Shown one piece after another: positions 9,973 to 20,247 of a stretch of 64,000 nt of DNA. A model generated the notes under the pieces. The model made no database searches. It saw only the letters and a program-made list of their open reading frames with translations, and was not told where the DNA came from. Position 1 is the first letter of the stretch. The number at the start of each line of letters is the position of its first letter. Source of the stretch: Patescibacteria group bacterium (GTDB lineage: Bacteria; Patescibacteriota; Minisyncoccia; Phycocordibacterales; CAIZLB01). The position numbers were made by a program, and so were the translations under genes. The stretch lies in the NCBI GenBank assembly GCA_040384865.1, contig JAZKIM010000006.1:988-64987 (forward strand), read 5' to 3'.

Positions 9973-10770
9973 CTATGAAATCAGCGAATAACGGCTCCAG
10001 CGTCGTTCACCCACCTTGTTAAGAATTCCTTGCTCTACAAGTACCAAAAGCTCTCGCTGAATAGTCTTTTCACTGCATCCCTTTATCACTCCCGTAAGGT
10101 CTTTTATGGACAATTCTCCCTTTGAGCGGATCACAGAAATGATGGCCTCCTGACGTTCTGATTTACGGTTACTTTTTTCTACCTTTCCCGCAGCTGGGCG
10201 CTGGCCTACAAGGCTTTGATGTATATGAGTATGATGTGACTTTGGTTTAAGGACAGATTGGTGTTGCACAGAAGAATTTTGACGATATCCAGACATAGGA
10301 GTTGGTGCCGGCAATTCGTCTTTAATGAAGTCGTCGCTTAGCACAAAATGCCGTCCTAACTTTTGAGGCAATTCACGGCTTTCAATTGTCCTTATGAAAT
10401 TCTCAAGCTCGCCCTTTATGATTCGATGATTCATGACCGATTCAATTCCAGTACGCGCGGCTATCTCAGAATATGAAATGACCGATAGTGCTTCGCGAAC
10501 GATATTATTAAGTAAGTCCTTTCGGTCAGGAGACAAGGTGGTATTAAGAGACAAGCTCATGTCTATAAGAGACAATACCGCGGAACGAATATTTGTCTTT
10601 AATGGTTCATTGTCCGAAAAGAAATCACTGATCATATAAACAGCAGCGGCTATCTTTTCCGCCTTCTTGTATATATAAAGGAAATAATCGTCCCCCTCAA
10701 AGATACTGATGTTCTTCTGATCTTCAGAGGCGGCGAATTCGTCCTTATGAATGTTTTTGTCTTTTTCCAT
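9973..10770 (-). CDS. Four-helix-bundle-like N-terminus plus C-terminal DeoR-type winged HTH (CPR-type regulator)
   Basis: C-terminal 'RQEAIISVI...LSIKDL...CSEKTIQRELLVLVEQG..KVGERRWSRY'. Confidence 0.7.
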   Translation of the reverse strand: MEKDKNIHKDEFAASEDQKNISIFEGDDYFLYIYKKAEKIAAAVYMISDFFSDNEPLKTNIRSAVLSLIDMSLSLNTTLSPDRKDLLNNIVREALSVISYSEIAARTGIESVMNHRIIKGELENFIRTIESRELPQKLGRHFVLSDDFIKDELPAPTPMSGYRQNSSVQHQSVLKPKSHHTHIHQSLVGQRPAAGKVEKSNRKSERQEAIISVIRSKGELSIKDLTGVIKGCSEKTIQRELLVLVEQGILNKVGERRWSRYSLIS

Positions 10771-10950
10771 AGTGCTTGGCTTTAATCGAGATTAAGTAAA
10801 ATGACTTATAAAAAGTTTATGCAAACTTTGTCTGAAATAGATGTCCTTCAAAATTCCAAAAGGTCAGAGGTGGTTTCAATGCAATTATATATAAGACAAT
10901 ATTAAAAGCAACTTCTTTTTCTCAAGGAGGGCGTGATAAAATATTCCCAT

Positions 10951-13245
10951 ATGGCAAAGAAAGACCGAAAGAAATCATCAGAGACAACTACCACTAACCG
11001 AATTGTTTTTAAAGAACTACAGGACAGCACCATGCAAAGCGTATTCGGCATCCTCTTTTTAGTGGCTGCTGTCTTTTTCCTTTTAGCTTCTTTTCACAAA
11101 GGTGGAATTGTAGGGAATACTGTATATGAGTGGCTCAACACCTTACTAGGACTTGGCTATTACCTCCTCCCTGTTCTCCTATTCATGCTCTCAGTTTCTT
11201 TCTTTAGTGAAAAAGAGCGGCGCTTCCCTCTCTCAAAGACAATTGGATCCATAATGTTCTTTTTGTCCGGACTAGGAATATTCAGTCTCGTAAAGGTAGA
11301 CAGCGGCGGGGTTATTGGGAACCTCATTTCCAATCCCCTCGTTAAACTTTTTGAAATTACCAATAGCTATATTCTTCTTCTAGCCCTTCTCATCATCTCA
11401 ATATTAGTTATTTTCGATTCCGCCCTCAAGCTTCATCATGTCCTTTTCTGGAGAATGTTTAAAAAGGACATGGTTGAAGGAGACGCAGACATAGATGATG
11501 ATGTCCCAGAGATAATAGCTCCTGTCAGCCTTAAAAAGACAGAACCTCTAGAAGCTGAGGCTGAAGCACAAGGTATGATGGCTGCTATCAAGCGAAAACT
11601 TGCTGGAGAAGATAAAGGACAAAAGGACACAGAAGATCCTTTGCCTGTTCCAGCGGACGATATGATAAAGGTTTCAAAAAAAAGCATGCTGCTCGGGAAG
11701 AGCTTTGTCCCTCCACCTCTTTCGTTACTTGAAAACGACAAAGGCAAGCCTGGCGTCGGTGACATAAAAGCAAATGCAAACATCATCAAGCGAACCCTTC
11801 AAAACTTCGGCATCGATGTCGAAATGGATGAAATCTCAATCGGACCCTCAGTCACTCGATATGCATTAAAGCCAGCAGAAGGCGTCAAACTTTCTCGAAT
11901 TCTTGGACTTCAGAACAACCTTGCTCTTGCTCTTGCCGCCCACCCAATACGTATCGAGGCGCCAATTCCTGGTAAATCGCTTGTCGGTATTGAAATTCCC
12001 AACAGTGTTAAAACAACAGTTGGTCTTGGAACACTCCTGGCCCATGAAGACTTCCAGAAAAATGAAAAGCCACTGATGGTTGCTCTCGGTAAAGGAATCT
12101 CTGGCAAATCCTATTTTGAAAACCTCGCCAAGATGCCTCACATGCTTGTCGCTGGTGCCACAGGGTCTGGTAAGTCAGTTACAATCCACGCAATCATCAC
12201 CTCTCTCTTGTACAGAAATTCTCCTGATAATCTTCGCTTTATCATGGTAGATCCAAAGCGAGTAGAGCTTACCTTGTACGACAAGATTCCCCATCTCCTT
12301 ACACCTGTCATAAAGGATGCGAAGAAAGCTATTCTTTCACTCAAGTGGGCAGCAAAGGAAATGGATCGACGCTATGACATCCTTGAGAAAAATTCCGTAA
12401 GAGACATAGACTCTTACCATAAGACTATTCTTATGCCTGCTCTCGAAAAAGTGAAAGGACAAAAGGATAGCGGAGAAGAAGTCGAACTTCCGGACACCAT
12501 GCCATACATTGTCATCGTCATAGATGAATTGGCGGATATTATGCAGACATACCCTCGAGAACTTGAATCAGCTATTGTTCGCCTCGCACAAATGAGCCGA
12601 GCTGTAGGTATTCACCTCATCCTCTCGACACAACGTCCATCGGTTAACGTTATCACAGGTCTTATCAAAGCGAACGTACCGGCTCGTATCGCACTCCAAG
12701 TAGCATCACAGATTGACTCTCGAACTATTCTTGATACCCGAGGTGCTGAAGAGCTGCTTGGTGCTGGTGATATGCTTTTCTTCTCTGGCCAAATGTCTGC
12801 GCCTGTCCGAATCCAATCTGCCTTCATTACTGAAGGCGAAATAAAGAAAGTGGTTAAGTATCTAGTCGACAATTCTGACTCTCTCCCCCAAGAAATCGTT
12901 ATCACCGGAGAATCTGTCACCAACGGTAGCAGTGGCGTGAATGATCCTGTTTTCAACTCATCATTCGACGACATGGGCGATCCCGCCGAAGACGATGATC
13001 TTTATGTAGAGGCAAAAGATATTGTTATCAAAGCCGGCAAAGCCTCTACTTCATACATCCAACGAAAACTTCGAGTCGGCTATGCTAGAGCAGCACGCCT
13101 CATGGATATTCTTGAGGAGCGAGGAGTTATCGGACCATCTGACGGATCAAAGCCACGTGAAGTCATGGCAGAATACTTAGGAACAGCAACAGGGACGAAT
13201 AGTGGGGGAATAGAGATGCCAGATGATACCGCAGAAAAGTTTTAG
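10951..13245 (+). CDS. ftsK: DNA translocase FtsK/SpoIIIE
   Basis: N-terminal TM segments; Walker A GATGSGKS; IVIDELAD; gamma domain 'QRKLRVGYARAARLMD'. Confidence 0.97.
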   Translation: MAKKDRKKSSETTTTNRIVFKELQDSTMQSVFGILFLVAAVFFLLASFHKGGIVGNTVYEWLNTLLGLGYYLLPVLLFMLSVSFFSEKERRFPLSKTIGSIMFFLSGLGIFSLVKVDSGGVIGNLISNPLVKLFEITNSYILLLALLIISILVIFDSALKLHHVLFWRMFKKDMVEGDADIDDDVPEIIAPVSLKKTEPLEAEAEAQGMMAAIKRKLAGEDKGQKDTEDPLPVPADDMIKVSKKSMLLGKSFVPPPLSLLENDKGKPGVGDIKANANIIKRTLQNFGIDVEMDEISIGPSVTRYALKPAEGVKLSRILGLQNNLALALAAHPIRIEAPIPGKSLVGIEIPNSVKTTVGLGTLLAHEDFQKNEKPLMVALGKGISGKSYFENLAKMPHMLVAGATGSGKSVTIHAIITSLLYRNSPDNLRFIMVDPKRVELTLYDKIPHLLTPVIKDAKKAILSLKWAAKEMDRRYDILEKNSVRDIDSYHKTILMPALEKVKGQKDSGEEVELPDTMPYIVIVIDELADIMQTYPRELESAIVRLAQMSRAVGIHLILSTQRPSVNVITGLIKANVPARIALQVASQIDSRTILDTRGAEELLGAGDMLFFSGQMSAPVRIQSAFITEGEIKKVVKYLVDNSDSLPQEIVITGESVTNGSSGVNDPVFNSSFDDMGDPAEDDDLYVEAKDIVIKAGKASTSYIQRKLRVGYARAARLMDILEERGVIGPSDGSKPREVMAEYLGTATGTNSGGIEMPDDTAEKF

Positions 13246-13278
13246 GGAATATTTATAGAAAATTAATCAACAATAACT

Positions 13279-13662
13279 ATGATACGAGTATACGAAGATG
13301 GAAAATTGATGGTTAGGGTTCTCATCACCATCCTCTTCGTATTTGTCATCATCGGTTACAGTATCTTCCAGGCACACAATATAGTAACCGGACCTGAAAT
13401 AGTCCTTAATTCTATAAGTTCTGGAGACATAGTCACAGATCAAGCGGTAAACATTGGTGGTGTTGCAAAGAACATCTCATTTATCAGCCTTGATGACCGG
13501 CCAATTTTTATAGACGAGAGTGGTCAGTTCAAGGAGAAATTGCTCCTCTACCCGGGCTATAATATAATCCGATTGTACGCACGGGATAAGTTCGGCACCG
13601 AGACCGAAAAGCAGATTGAACTCATTTATCAACCCCCTACTCAATTGGTCATCAATCAGTAG
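13279..13662 (+). CDS. Membrane-anchored Ig-like domain protein
   Basis: One TM helix then a beta-rich domain ('LYPGYNIIRLYARDKFG'). Confidence 0.65.
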   Translation: MIRVYEDGKLMVRVLITILFVFVIIGYSIFQAHNIVTGPEIVLNSISSGDIVTDQAVNIGGVAKNISFISLDDRPIFIDESGQFKEKLLLYPGYNIIRLYARDKFGTETEKQIELIYQPPTQLVINQ

Positions 13663-13686
13663 TTGAAAAAGTTTAAATATAAATTT

Positions 13687-14793
13687 ATGGCAAAGAAGGC
13701 AAAACCGCAGAAACAAACAAAAACCCCCTCAAGTAGCGCAGCTGATGCTGCGGCAATAGAAGCTCAGGACGAGATCCAGACGGATGATTCTCCTAAAGGT
13801 AACACGAAGCAAGACGGTAAAGACATCGAGGATACGATTGCACAAATAAAAACCAAATTCGGTGATGACTCCATTATGAAACTCGGCGATAAGCCTAAGG
13901 TAAACATTGATGCAATCTCGACAGGGTCAATCGGCCTTGACGCAGCTCTTGGCGTGGGTGGTCTTCCCCGCGGACGAATTATTGAAATCTTTGGACCTGA
14001 ATCTTCAGGTAAAACAACCCTAGCTCTTCATGTAACAGCTGAGGCTCAAAAGAAAGGTGGCATATGTGCCTACATTGATGCCGAGCATGCAATGGATCCT
14101 GATTACGCCAAGAAACTTGGGGTGAAGATTGACCAACTTCTCATCTCTCAACCAGATACAGGTGAACAAGCTCTTGAAATCGTTGAGAGTCTCGTACGAT
14201 CTGGAAAGGTAGATGTCATCACCATCGACTCCGTAGCAGCGCTGACGCCCAAAGACGAGATTGAGGGTGACATGGGGGCTTCACACATGGGTAAACAGGC
14301 TCGTCTCATGTCACAAGCACTCCGAAAGCTTACTGGCATTGTTGCTAAAAGTAAGACTATCGTCATTTTCATCAACCAGATCCGTATGCAAATTGGTGTT
14401 ATGTTCGGTAACCCTGAAACCACTCCAGGTGGAAAGGCTCTCAAATTCTATACATCAGTACGTCTCGATATTCGTCGTATCGCCCAAATTAAGAAGGGCG
14501 AAGAAATCATGGGAGGCCGTTGTCGAGTGAAGGTGGTGAAGAACAAAGTGGCTGCCCCATTCAAGCAGACTGAATTCGATTTGATGTACAACGAAGGTAT
14601 TTCTCGAGAAGGTGAACTCATCGCTCTCGGTGAAAAGATGGGTATTATTACAAAGACGGGGGTATCATACAGCTATGGAGACACAAAGCTCGGCCGAGGC
14701 TATGATGCAACACGCCAGTTTCTCAAAGAAAACACCAAAGTAGCGAATGATGTTCTTAAAGATATTCGTTCAAAACTCAAAGAACAGCTTTAA
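13687..14793 (+). CDS. recA: Recombinase RecA (with N-terminal low-complexity extension)
   Basis: [29 protein letters not shown]. Confidence 0.98.
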   Translation: MAKKAKPQKQTKTPSSSAADAAAIEAQDEIQTDDSPKGNTKQDGKDIEDTIAQIKTKFGDDSIMKLGDKPKVNIDAISTGSIGLDAALGVGGLPRGRIIEIFGPESSGKTTLALHVTAEAQKKGGICAYIDAEHAMDPDYAKKLGVKIDQLLISQPDTGEQALEIVESLVRSGKVDVITIDSVAALTPKDEIEGDMGASHMGKQARLMSQALRKLTGIVAKSKTIVIFINQIRMQIGVMFGNPETTPGGKALKFYTSVRLDIRRIAQIKKGEEIMGGRCRVKVVKNKVAAPFKQTEFDLMYNEGISREGELIALGEKMGIITKTGVSYSYGDTKLGRGYDATRQFLKENTKVANDVLKDIRSKLKEQL

Positions 14794-14860
14794 TTTAAGA
14801 ATTCCGATGATGGCCAAATGCATAGACATATGGCCATTTTTGGTCTAGAATGACCCCACC

Positions 14861-15427
14861 ATGCTTGAATATAATGAAATAACACTCCGAAAATACATCA
14901 TTTTTGAAAATGAACCTTATGAGGTTCTCGACTCTCATGTATTCAGGAAACAGCAACGAAAGCCGGTTAATGCGACAAAACTTAGAAACCTTCTCAGCGG
15001 TCGCATTGTTGAACACTCTTTTCACGTCTCTGATAAGGTAGACGAGGCTGAAATCGATGCAAAGAAGGTAAAGTATCTTTATACAAATAAAGGAGAATGG
15101 TGGTTCTGCGAAGAAAACAACCCAGCTGAGCGATTCACTATTGCTGAAGCAATGCTTGGAAATGCAGCACGATTCCTCAAACCAAACTCAATCGTTGAAG
15201 CAAAAGTCTACGATGAAAAGATATTCGGCATCAACATGCCAGTAAAGGTTGACCTTAAAGTTACAGACGCTCCTCCAGCAGTTAAGGGTGACACCGCAAA
15301 GGGCGGCAACAAAGTTATTACTCTTGAAACAGGTGCAACAATCAACGCTCCCCTTTTCGTTGCTCCGGACGATATAGTGCGCATCAATACTGAAACCGGT
15401 GAATATGTAGAGCGAGTTGGGAAATAA
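14861..15427 (+). CDS. efp: Elongation factor P
   Basis: 'PPAVKGDTA...LETG...PLFV...INTETGEYVER'; tip loop RKQQRK. Confidence 0.93.
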   Translation: MLEYNEITLRKYIIFENEPYEVLDSHVFRKQQRKPVNATKLRNLLSGRIVEHSFHVSDKVDEAEIDAKKVKYLYTNKGEWWFCEENNPAERFTIAEAMLGNAARFLKPNSIVEAKVYDEKIFGINMPVKVDLKVTDAPPAVKGDTAKGGNKVITLETGATINAPLFVAPDDIVRINTETGEYVERVGK

Positions 15428-15443
15428 GAAAAAAAGGTTTATT

Positions 15444-15497
15444 AAGCAAAACATAAAAGCGTCACTCGGTACCGAGTGACGCTTTTATGTTTTGCTT
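15444..15497. terminator. Perfect 54-bp palindrome / bidirectional terminator between convergent efp and rpsR
   Basis: aagcaaaacataaaagcgtcactcggt|accgagtgacgcttttatgttttgctt. Confidence 0.7.
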
Positions 15498-15498
15498 T

Positions 15499-15714
15499 TT
15501 ATGATGCTACATACGGAATGAGTGCCATGAATCGTGCTCGCTTTACTGCATTAGCCAACTTTCGTTGATTCTTTGCTGTAACGCCTGTTCGCTTTCGTGC
15601 CATCAATCGCGCGTGTGGATTGAGAAACTTCTTCAAGAGCTCAACTTCCTTATAATCGATATGTTGGATGTTGTTCTGTGAAAAGTAACACTGTTTTGTT
15701 GAACTGTTGTTCAT
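15499..15714 (-). CDS. rpsR: 30S ribosomal protein S18
   Basis: IDYK..LLKKF...QRKLANAVKRARFMALIPY. Confidence 0.97.
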   Translation of the reverse strand: MNNSSTKQCYFSQNNIQHIDYKEVELLKKFLNPHARLMARKRTGVTAKNQRKLANAVKRARFMALIPYVAS

Positions 15715-15766
15715 ATTGATAAATTTATTTATTGAATGTAATTATTGATCCTGAATCTTTTCAAGA

Positions 15767-16267
15767 TTAGAACGGAATGTCTTCTGGGTTGATCTCTTCT
15801 TCAGGGTATGAGATGGAGTCGAGCTGCTCGAGAGCATTCTTGCCACCCTTCTTCTCAGCACCCTCATCTTCCCCTACCGACTTCTTTGCTCCTGCTGGAG
15901 CAGATGTGCCGAACGAACTTCCTCCCGCAGATGCTCCACTTGGTCGATCACCAAACTGTACACGATCTGCTACTACTTCTGTTCGGTACTGTTTCTTACC
16001 ATCCTGTCCATCCCAGCTTCGAGTCTGCATTCGTCCTTCTACAAGAACTGAGCTTCCCTTCTTGAGGTATTGTGCAGCTGTTTCAGCCTGTCGGCCAAAG
16101 ACTACCACGTTATGATAATCAACAGCTTCCTGCTTAGCTCCGTTCTGGTCCTTCCAAACACGGTTTGTTGCTAATGCTAAACTTGTCACCTGAATTCCCG
16201 ACGGTAAAGCCTTCAACTCGGGATCCCGAGTGAGGTTGCCGATGATTATTGCTTTGTTTAGGTACAT
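15767..16267 (-). CDS. ssb: Single-stranded DNA-binding protein
   Basis: NKAIIIGNLTRDPE; C-terminal DIPF. Confidence 0.97.
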   Translation of the reverse strand: MYLNKAIIIGNLTRDPELKALPSGIQVTSLALATNRVWKDQNGAKQEAVDYHNVVVFGRQAETAAQYLKKGSSVLVEGRMQTRSWDGQDGKKQYRTEVVADRVQFGDRPSGASAGGSSFGTSAPAGAKKSVGEDEGAEKKGGKNALEQLDSISYPEEEINPEDIPF

Positions 16268-16285
16268 ATGTTTTTACGCTTCTAT

Positions 16286-16747
16286 TTATACCGCCAACTC
16301 TTCTAATTTCTTATCAAGTTGAGCTTCATTCACCACCCCTTCTGAATCTTCTTTTAACTTTCTGTCTTCTTTTGGTTCCACCAGAGTGCTTTCTTTTACC
16401 GTGCTGATTACGAGGTATCGTAGGATAGGTTCGAAGGCTTTCACCTCCTTTTCCAAATCACCGATCTGATCCGCCGCGAGAGTGAACTTAACCCATCCAA
16501 AGTACGCATTGTTATAGCGCTTCTTCAAGGCCTTTACTGTTTTCGAAATCTCGTATGACAACGGAATCATTTTCGGAAAATCTTCGGAAATGAACTCGCC
16601 TCCTCGTTTCTCAATCATCGATTTAAGATGAGAAAACTGGACAGGAACGTCGTCCTCGGCAATGGTTGGCACGAAATGAAAGCCAAGCTCATACACCTTT
16701 ACGTCGTTCTCCTGTTCTGTGTGGTCGATTTGCTGTTCTTTTGACAT
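16286..16747 (-). CDS. rpsF: 30S ribosomal protein S6
   Basis: YELGF...LSYEI...ILRYL; rpsF-ssb-rpsR synteny. Confidence 0.9.
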   Translation of the reverse strand: MSKEQQIDHTEQENDVKVYELGFHFVPTIAEDDVPVQFSHLKSMIEKRGGEFISEDFPKMIPLSYEISKTVKALKKRYNNAYFGWVKFTLAADQIGDLEKEVKAFEPILRYLVISTVKESTLVEPKEDRKLKEDSEGVVNEAQLDKKLEELAV

Positions 16748-16787
16748 GCGGAAAGGTTAACACGCCGTAGACTATAAAGCAAGATAC

Positions 16788-17651
16788 CTATTTGAGGCGA
16801 AACATCGAAAAAGCGTTGTCTACTAAGGCTTTTTTAACTATTTCAATATCAATCTTCTTTATATCAGCAATCTTCGCCGCTATTTCCCTAACATAGAGAG
16901 GCTCGTTTCTAGTACCTCTGAAGGGCACTGGTGTCACGTATGGACAGTCCGTTTCTACCATAATCCTATCGAGAGGAACCATTTCTACCAACTCCCTATA
17001 CTGCTTTGCAAAGGTGACAACCCCAGTGAACGACAGGGTAAATCCCCTTTCTAGAAACGCATTGGCTTCTTCCTTGGTACCAGCGAAGAAGTGTGCGTTT
17101 CCCCGTAATCTTCCCTTACTAGTGCTCAAATATTCATCAATTATTTCTAAAATTTCTTTGTAAGATTCACGGGCATGAATCATGATCGGCTTATCGAACT
17201 CGATAGCAAGTTCAATTTGCTCACGAAAAGCTTTTTTCTGTCGCTGAATCGCACCGGCAGCAAGATCAGCATGTTCAGGCAGTCGAAAAAGATCGAGACC
17301 ACACTCCCCGATACCAACGACGCGAGGATTTTTTAAAAGCTCACGATAGGCATTTTTATCAAAAACCTCCCCAGTTTCATATACTTTTGCTGGTTTCTCA
17401 GACTCATTTGGATCGACACGGGCAACAGAAAGTGGTGAGGTATGTATGGGATGAAGACCAATAATTGCGTAAACGCCTTCATCAGCTTTTTCTGCGAGCT
17501 CTACAACCTGTCTTGAAGTTTCCAAATGGGTTCCAACATTTATCATCCATACACCAGCTTCGTGGGCACGCTTAAGAACTTCAGTGCGGTCAGTATCGTA
17601 CGCGCCAAAGTTTACGTGGGCGTGTATGTCGATGTATTTTGGACGAGTCAT
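16788..17651 (-). CDS. tatD: TatD family deoxyribonuclease
   Basis: DIHAH, GLHP, IGECGLD, HAR, ETDCPY. Confidence 0.93.
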   Translation of the reverse strand: MTRPKYIDIHAHVNFGAYDTDRTEVLKRAHEAGVWMINVGTHLETSRQVVELAEKADEGVYAIIGLHPIHTSPLSVARVDPNESEKPAKVYETGEVFDKNAYRELLKNPRVVGIGECGLDLFRLPEHADLAAGAIQRQKKAFREQIELAIEFDKPIMIHARESYKEILEIIDEYLSTSKGRLRGNAHFFAGTKEEANAFLERGFTLSFTGVVTFAKQYRELVEMVPLDRIMVETDCPYVTPVPFRGTRNEPLYVREIAAKIADIKKIDIEIVKKALVDNAFSMFRLK

Positions 17652-17654
17652 TAT

Positions 17655-19082
17655 TTATTTCCTCAAAAACAACGCTTCTGTCGGCATCTTATTCTTCTTC
17701 ACTACAGCCTTAATCTTATCTGACGTTTCAGGCAGGATTGGATTGAGCATTCGACCGACGGTGTACAATCGGACAACAAGGCCTTTGATTATTTCAATCG
17801 CCTTTTCTTTGTCTTCCTTTATTAATTTGAAAGGTTGATTTTCTTGAATGAACAAATCCATGGCGCCAATTTCCGTCCAGATAATATCCGCGGCCTTATT
17901 GAGATCGAAGGATTCAAAAGCGTCTTTAAAATTCTGAGGAATGCTCTTTTTAGGAATGGCGACAGGCTCCGCGAGATTCATTTCAGCCATTTTCATAATT
18001 CGATTAGTGAGATTCCCCACTCCATTCGCAAGACCTGCGTTATACGATTCCTTAAAAATATCCATGGTCATTTCACCATCATCAAAAAGCGGAATGTGTC
18101 GAGCAACATAATATCGAAACGCGTCCTTCCCATATTCGTCAAGGAGTACCTTTGGGTCAATGGTATTACCGATACTTTTCGACATTTTTTTGCCGCCAGA
18201 CATAATAAGACCGTGAACGAGTATACGTTTTGGTAGTGGTAGGCCGGCCGACAACAGCATGCCCGGCCAGATAGCTGCATGGAATCGTAAGATGTCCTTA
18301 CCGAGTACATGAACGTCGGCCGGCCAAAACTTCTTAAACAACTCATCATTGCCAGTTCCATATCCAAGTGCAGAAATATAATTCACCAAAGCGTCGCACC
18401 ATACATAGATTATCTGCGAATCATCGCCAGGGACTGGGATGCCGCGGCCGAGAGTTTTAGCTGGTCTTGAAAAACTAACATCATCGAGGCCGCGACCAAG
18501 CTGTGCCAAAATTTCATTTTTTCTACTTACAGGCATCACCTCGAGTTCCCCCGTTTCAATAGCTTTTTTGATCCGCTCTGTATATTTTGAAAGTTTGAAA
18601 AAATAATTCTCTTCTTCAATAACCTGAGGCGGCTTGTGATGAAAAGGGCAATTACCGTCAACCAAATCTTTTTCCGTATAAAATGCTTCGCAATCCGGAC
18701 AATACAACCCCTTGTACGCAGACTTATATATATCCCCAACATCAACGAGCCTCTTCCAAACTGCCTGAGCGCCTGGCCAATGCACTTTCTGATCACTTGT
18801 TCGAATAAACTGATCATATGACGCTCCAATATCGGCAAATAGTTTCTTAAACTGATCTGTCATATCATCAAGGAACGGGCCAACCCCAACGCCGCGTGCC
18901 GCAGCTGTTTTTTCGATCTTCGCACTATTCTCGTCTGCCCCCGTCAAAAAGTATGTGTCCTCCTCCATCAGTCGATGATAGCGAGCAAATATATCGCACA
19001 CAACCATAGTATAGGCATGACCAATATGCAGTTCGCCATTAGGATAAAATATCGGACTTGTGATATAAAATTTCTTAGACAT
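17655..19082 (-). CDS. metG: Methionine--tRNA ligase
   Basis: YPNGELHIGH, GKDILRFH, KMSKS. Confidence 0.96.
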   Translation of the reverse strand: MSKKFYITSPIFYPNGELHIGHAYTMVVCDIFARYHRLMEEDTYFLTGADENSAKIEKTAAARGVGVGPFLDDMTDQFKKLFADIGASYDQFIRTSDQKVHWPGAQAVWKRLVDVGDIYKSAYKGLYCPDCEAFYTEKDLVDGNCPFHHKPPQVIEEENYFFKLSKYTERIKKAIETGELEVMPVSRKNEILAQLGRGLDDVSFSRPAKTLGRGIPVPGDDSQIIYVWCDALVNYISALGYGTGNDELFKKFWPADVHVLGKDILRFHAAIWPGMLLSAGLPLPKRILVHGLIMSGGKKMSKSIGNTIDPKVLLDEYGKDAFRYYVARHIPLFDDGEMTMDIFKESYNAGLANGVGNLTNRIMKMAEMNLAEPVAIPKKSIPQNFKDAFESFDLNKAADIIWTEIGAMDLFIQENQPFKLIKEDKEKAIEIIKGLVVRLYTVGRMLNPILPETSDKIKAVVKKNKMPTEALFLRK

Positions 19083-19107
19083 GTTTAGAATTATTTTCTG
19101 ATTCAAT

Positions 19108-20184
19108 TTATCCTATAACTGACTTTTGCTGACCGATCCGTTTACGTTTCTCAAAGTCATCAAGGTATTCCATTAATGCTACTGAAATTGGCACAGCAAG
19201 CAAGGCCCCCACCAACCCAGCAAGCTCAGCACCAGCTACCAAGGCAATGATTACAAGGAGAGGTGGCACACCGATAATCTTATTTACAACCAACGGATAA
19301 ATGAGGTGCGCTTCAATTTGCTGAATGAAAAGATATATCGCGAGAACAAGCAACCCAAGTCCGAGCCCGCCATCGAGAAATGCAAGAAAAAATGCTGGTA
19401 TAACAGAGATTATAAGTCCGACAACAGGAATAAGCTCAAAGACGGCAGCAACAAAAGCAAGCAAAAATGGATGTGGCACCCCAAGTATCGATAAACCTAT
19501 ATACGTAAGTACGCCCACCAAAAGGCCCAGTAATATCTGCCCTTGCATCCATCGACCAATCTTATTTTGTGAACGTCTCCATAAGCCACGCACGTATGGC
19601 TCATATTCGATTGGTGTAATAATACCGAGAAACTCTCCAACACCATCTTCGCGCACAGAAAGATAGAATGACAAGACGATCACTAATATAAAACTAATAA
19701 CTCCTCCGAAGAAATTGCTAACTGTATCAAAAATACCACCAGAAAAGTTTGAGATAGCTCGAGTAATTTCCCCTGCCAAATCTCCGACTGAAATAACCTT
19801 AGGTAAGCCAGGAAACAACGTTTCAACGCCTGTAAACCACTGATCATGGAATGGTGCCAAGATATCGATGGTCTTTATATATTTTGGCAAACCATTGATT
19901 GCTTCAATGGTTTGTACAAAAAGCGGTGGTAATACAAAAGAAATAGTGCCGACAACAATGAGAGCAATAATTACATACATGAGAATGACCGCTAACATGC
20001 GTGGAACCTTTCTCCGAACAAACCATCTTGTCCCCGGCTCTATGACCGATGCTGTCACTATTGAAATGAGCAACACTAAAATCAAACCTCGTAGTTTGAA
20101 GGCAAGAAAAGCAGCAAGGCCGGCTACCACCAGCTTGAACATACTACCAAAGGTTATATTTATAGAAAGAGTGTTTTTATCCAT
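19108..20184 (-). CDS. AI-2E (PerM) family transporter
   Basis: Multi-TM; 'ELIPVVG', 'QQIEAHLIYP', 'GALLAVP'. Confidence 0.88.
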   Translation of the reverse strand: MDKNTLSINITFGSMFKLVVAGLAAFLAFKLRGLILVLLISIVTASVIEPGTRWFVRRKVPRMLAVILMYVIIALIVVGTISFVLPPLFVQTIEAINGLPKYIKTIDILAPFHDQWFTGVETLFPGLPKVISVGDLAGEITRAISNFSGGIFDTVSNFFGGVISFILVIVLSFYLSVREDGVGEFLGIITPIEYEPYVRGLWRRSQNKIGRWMQGQILLGLLVGVLTYIGLSILGVPHPFLLAFVAAVFELIPVVGLIISVIPAFFLAFLDGGLGLGLLVLAIYLFIQQIEAHLIYPLVVNKIIGVPPLLVIIALVAGAELAGLVGALLAVPISVALMEYLDDFEKRKRIGQQKSVIG

Positions 20185-20247
20185 TACCCCTAGAATACCA
20201 CCGTCACTAAAAAATATCTAATTGAGACCCTCACCAAAGGAGGTAAC

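Noticed and set aside
9973-10770. N-terminal helical region resembling Avd/23S-IVS four-helix-bundle proteins, suggesting a diversity-generating retroelement
   Set aside because: No reverse transcriptase and no TR/VR pair with adenine-specific mismatches is visible in the window. The protein has a C-terminal HTH.
10740-10900. Recurrent TGTC(C/T)T-like words near the HTH gene start as operator sites
   Set aside because: Too short and irregular to distinguish from chance without a motif analysis.
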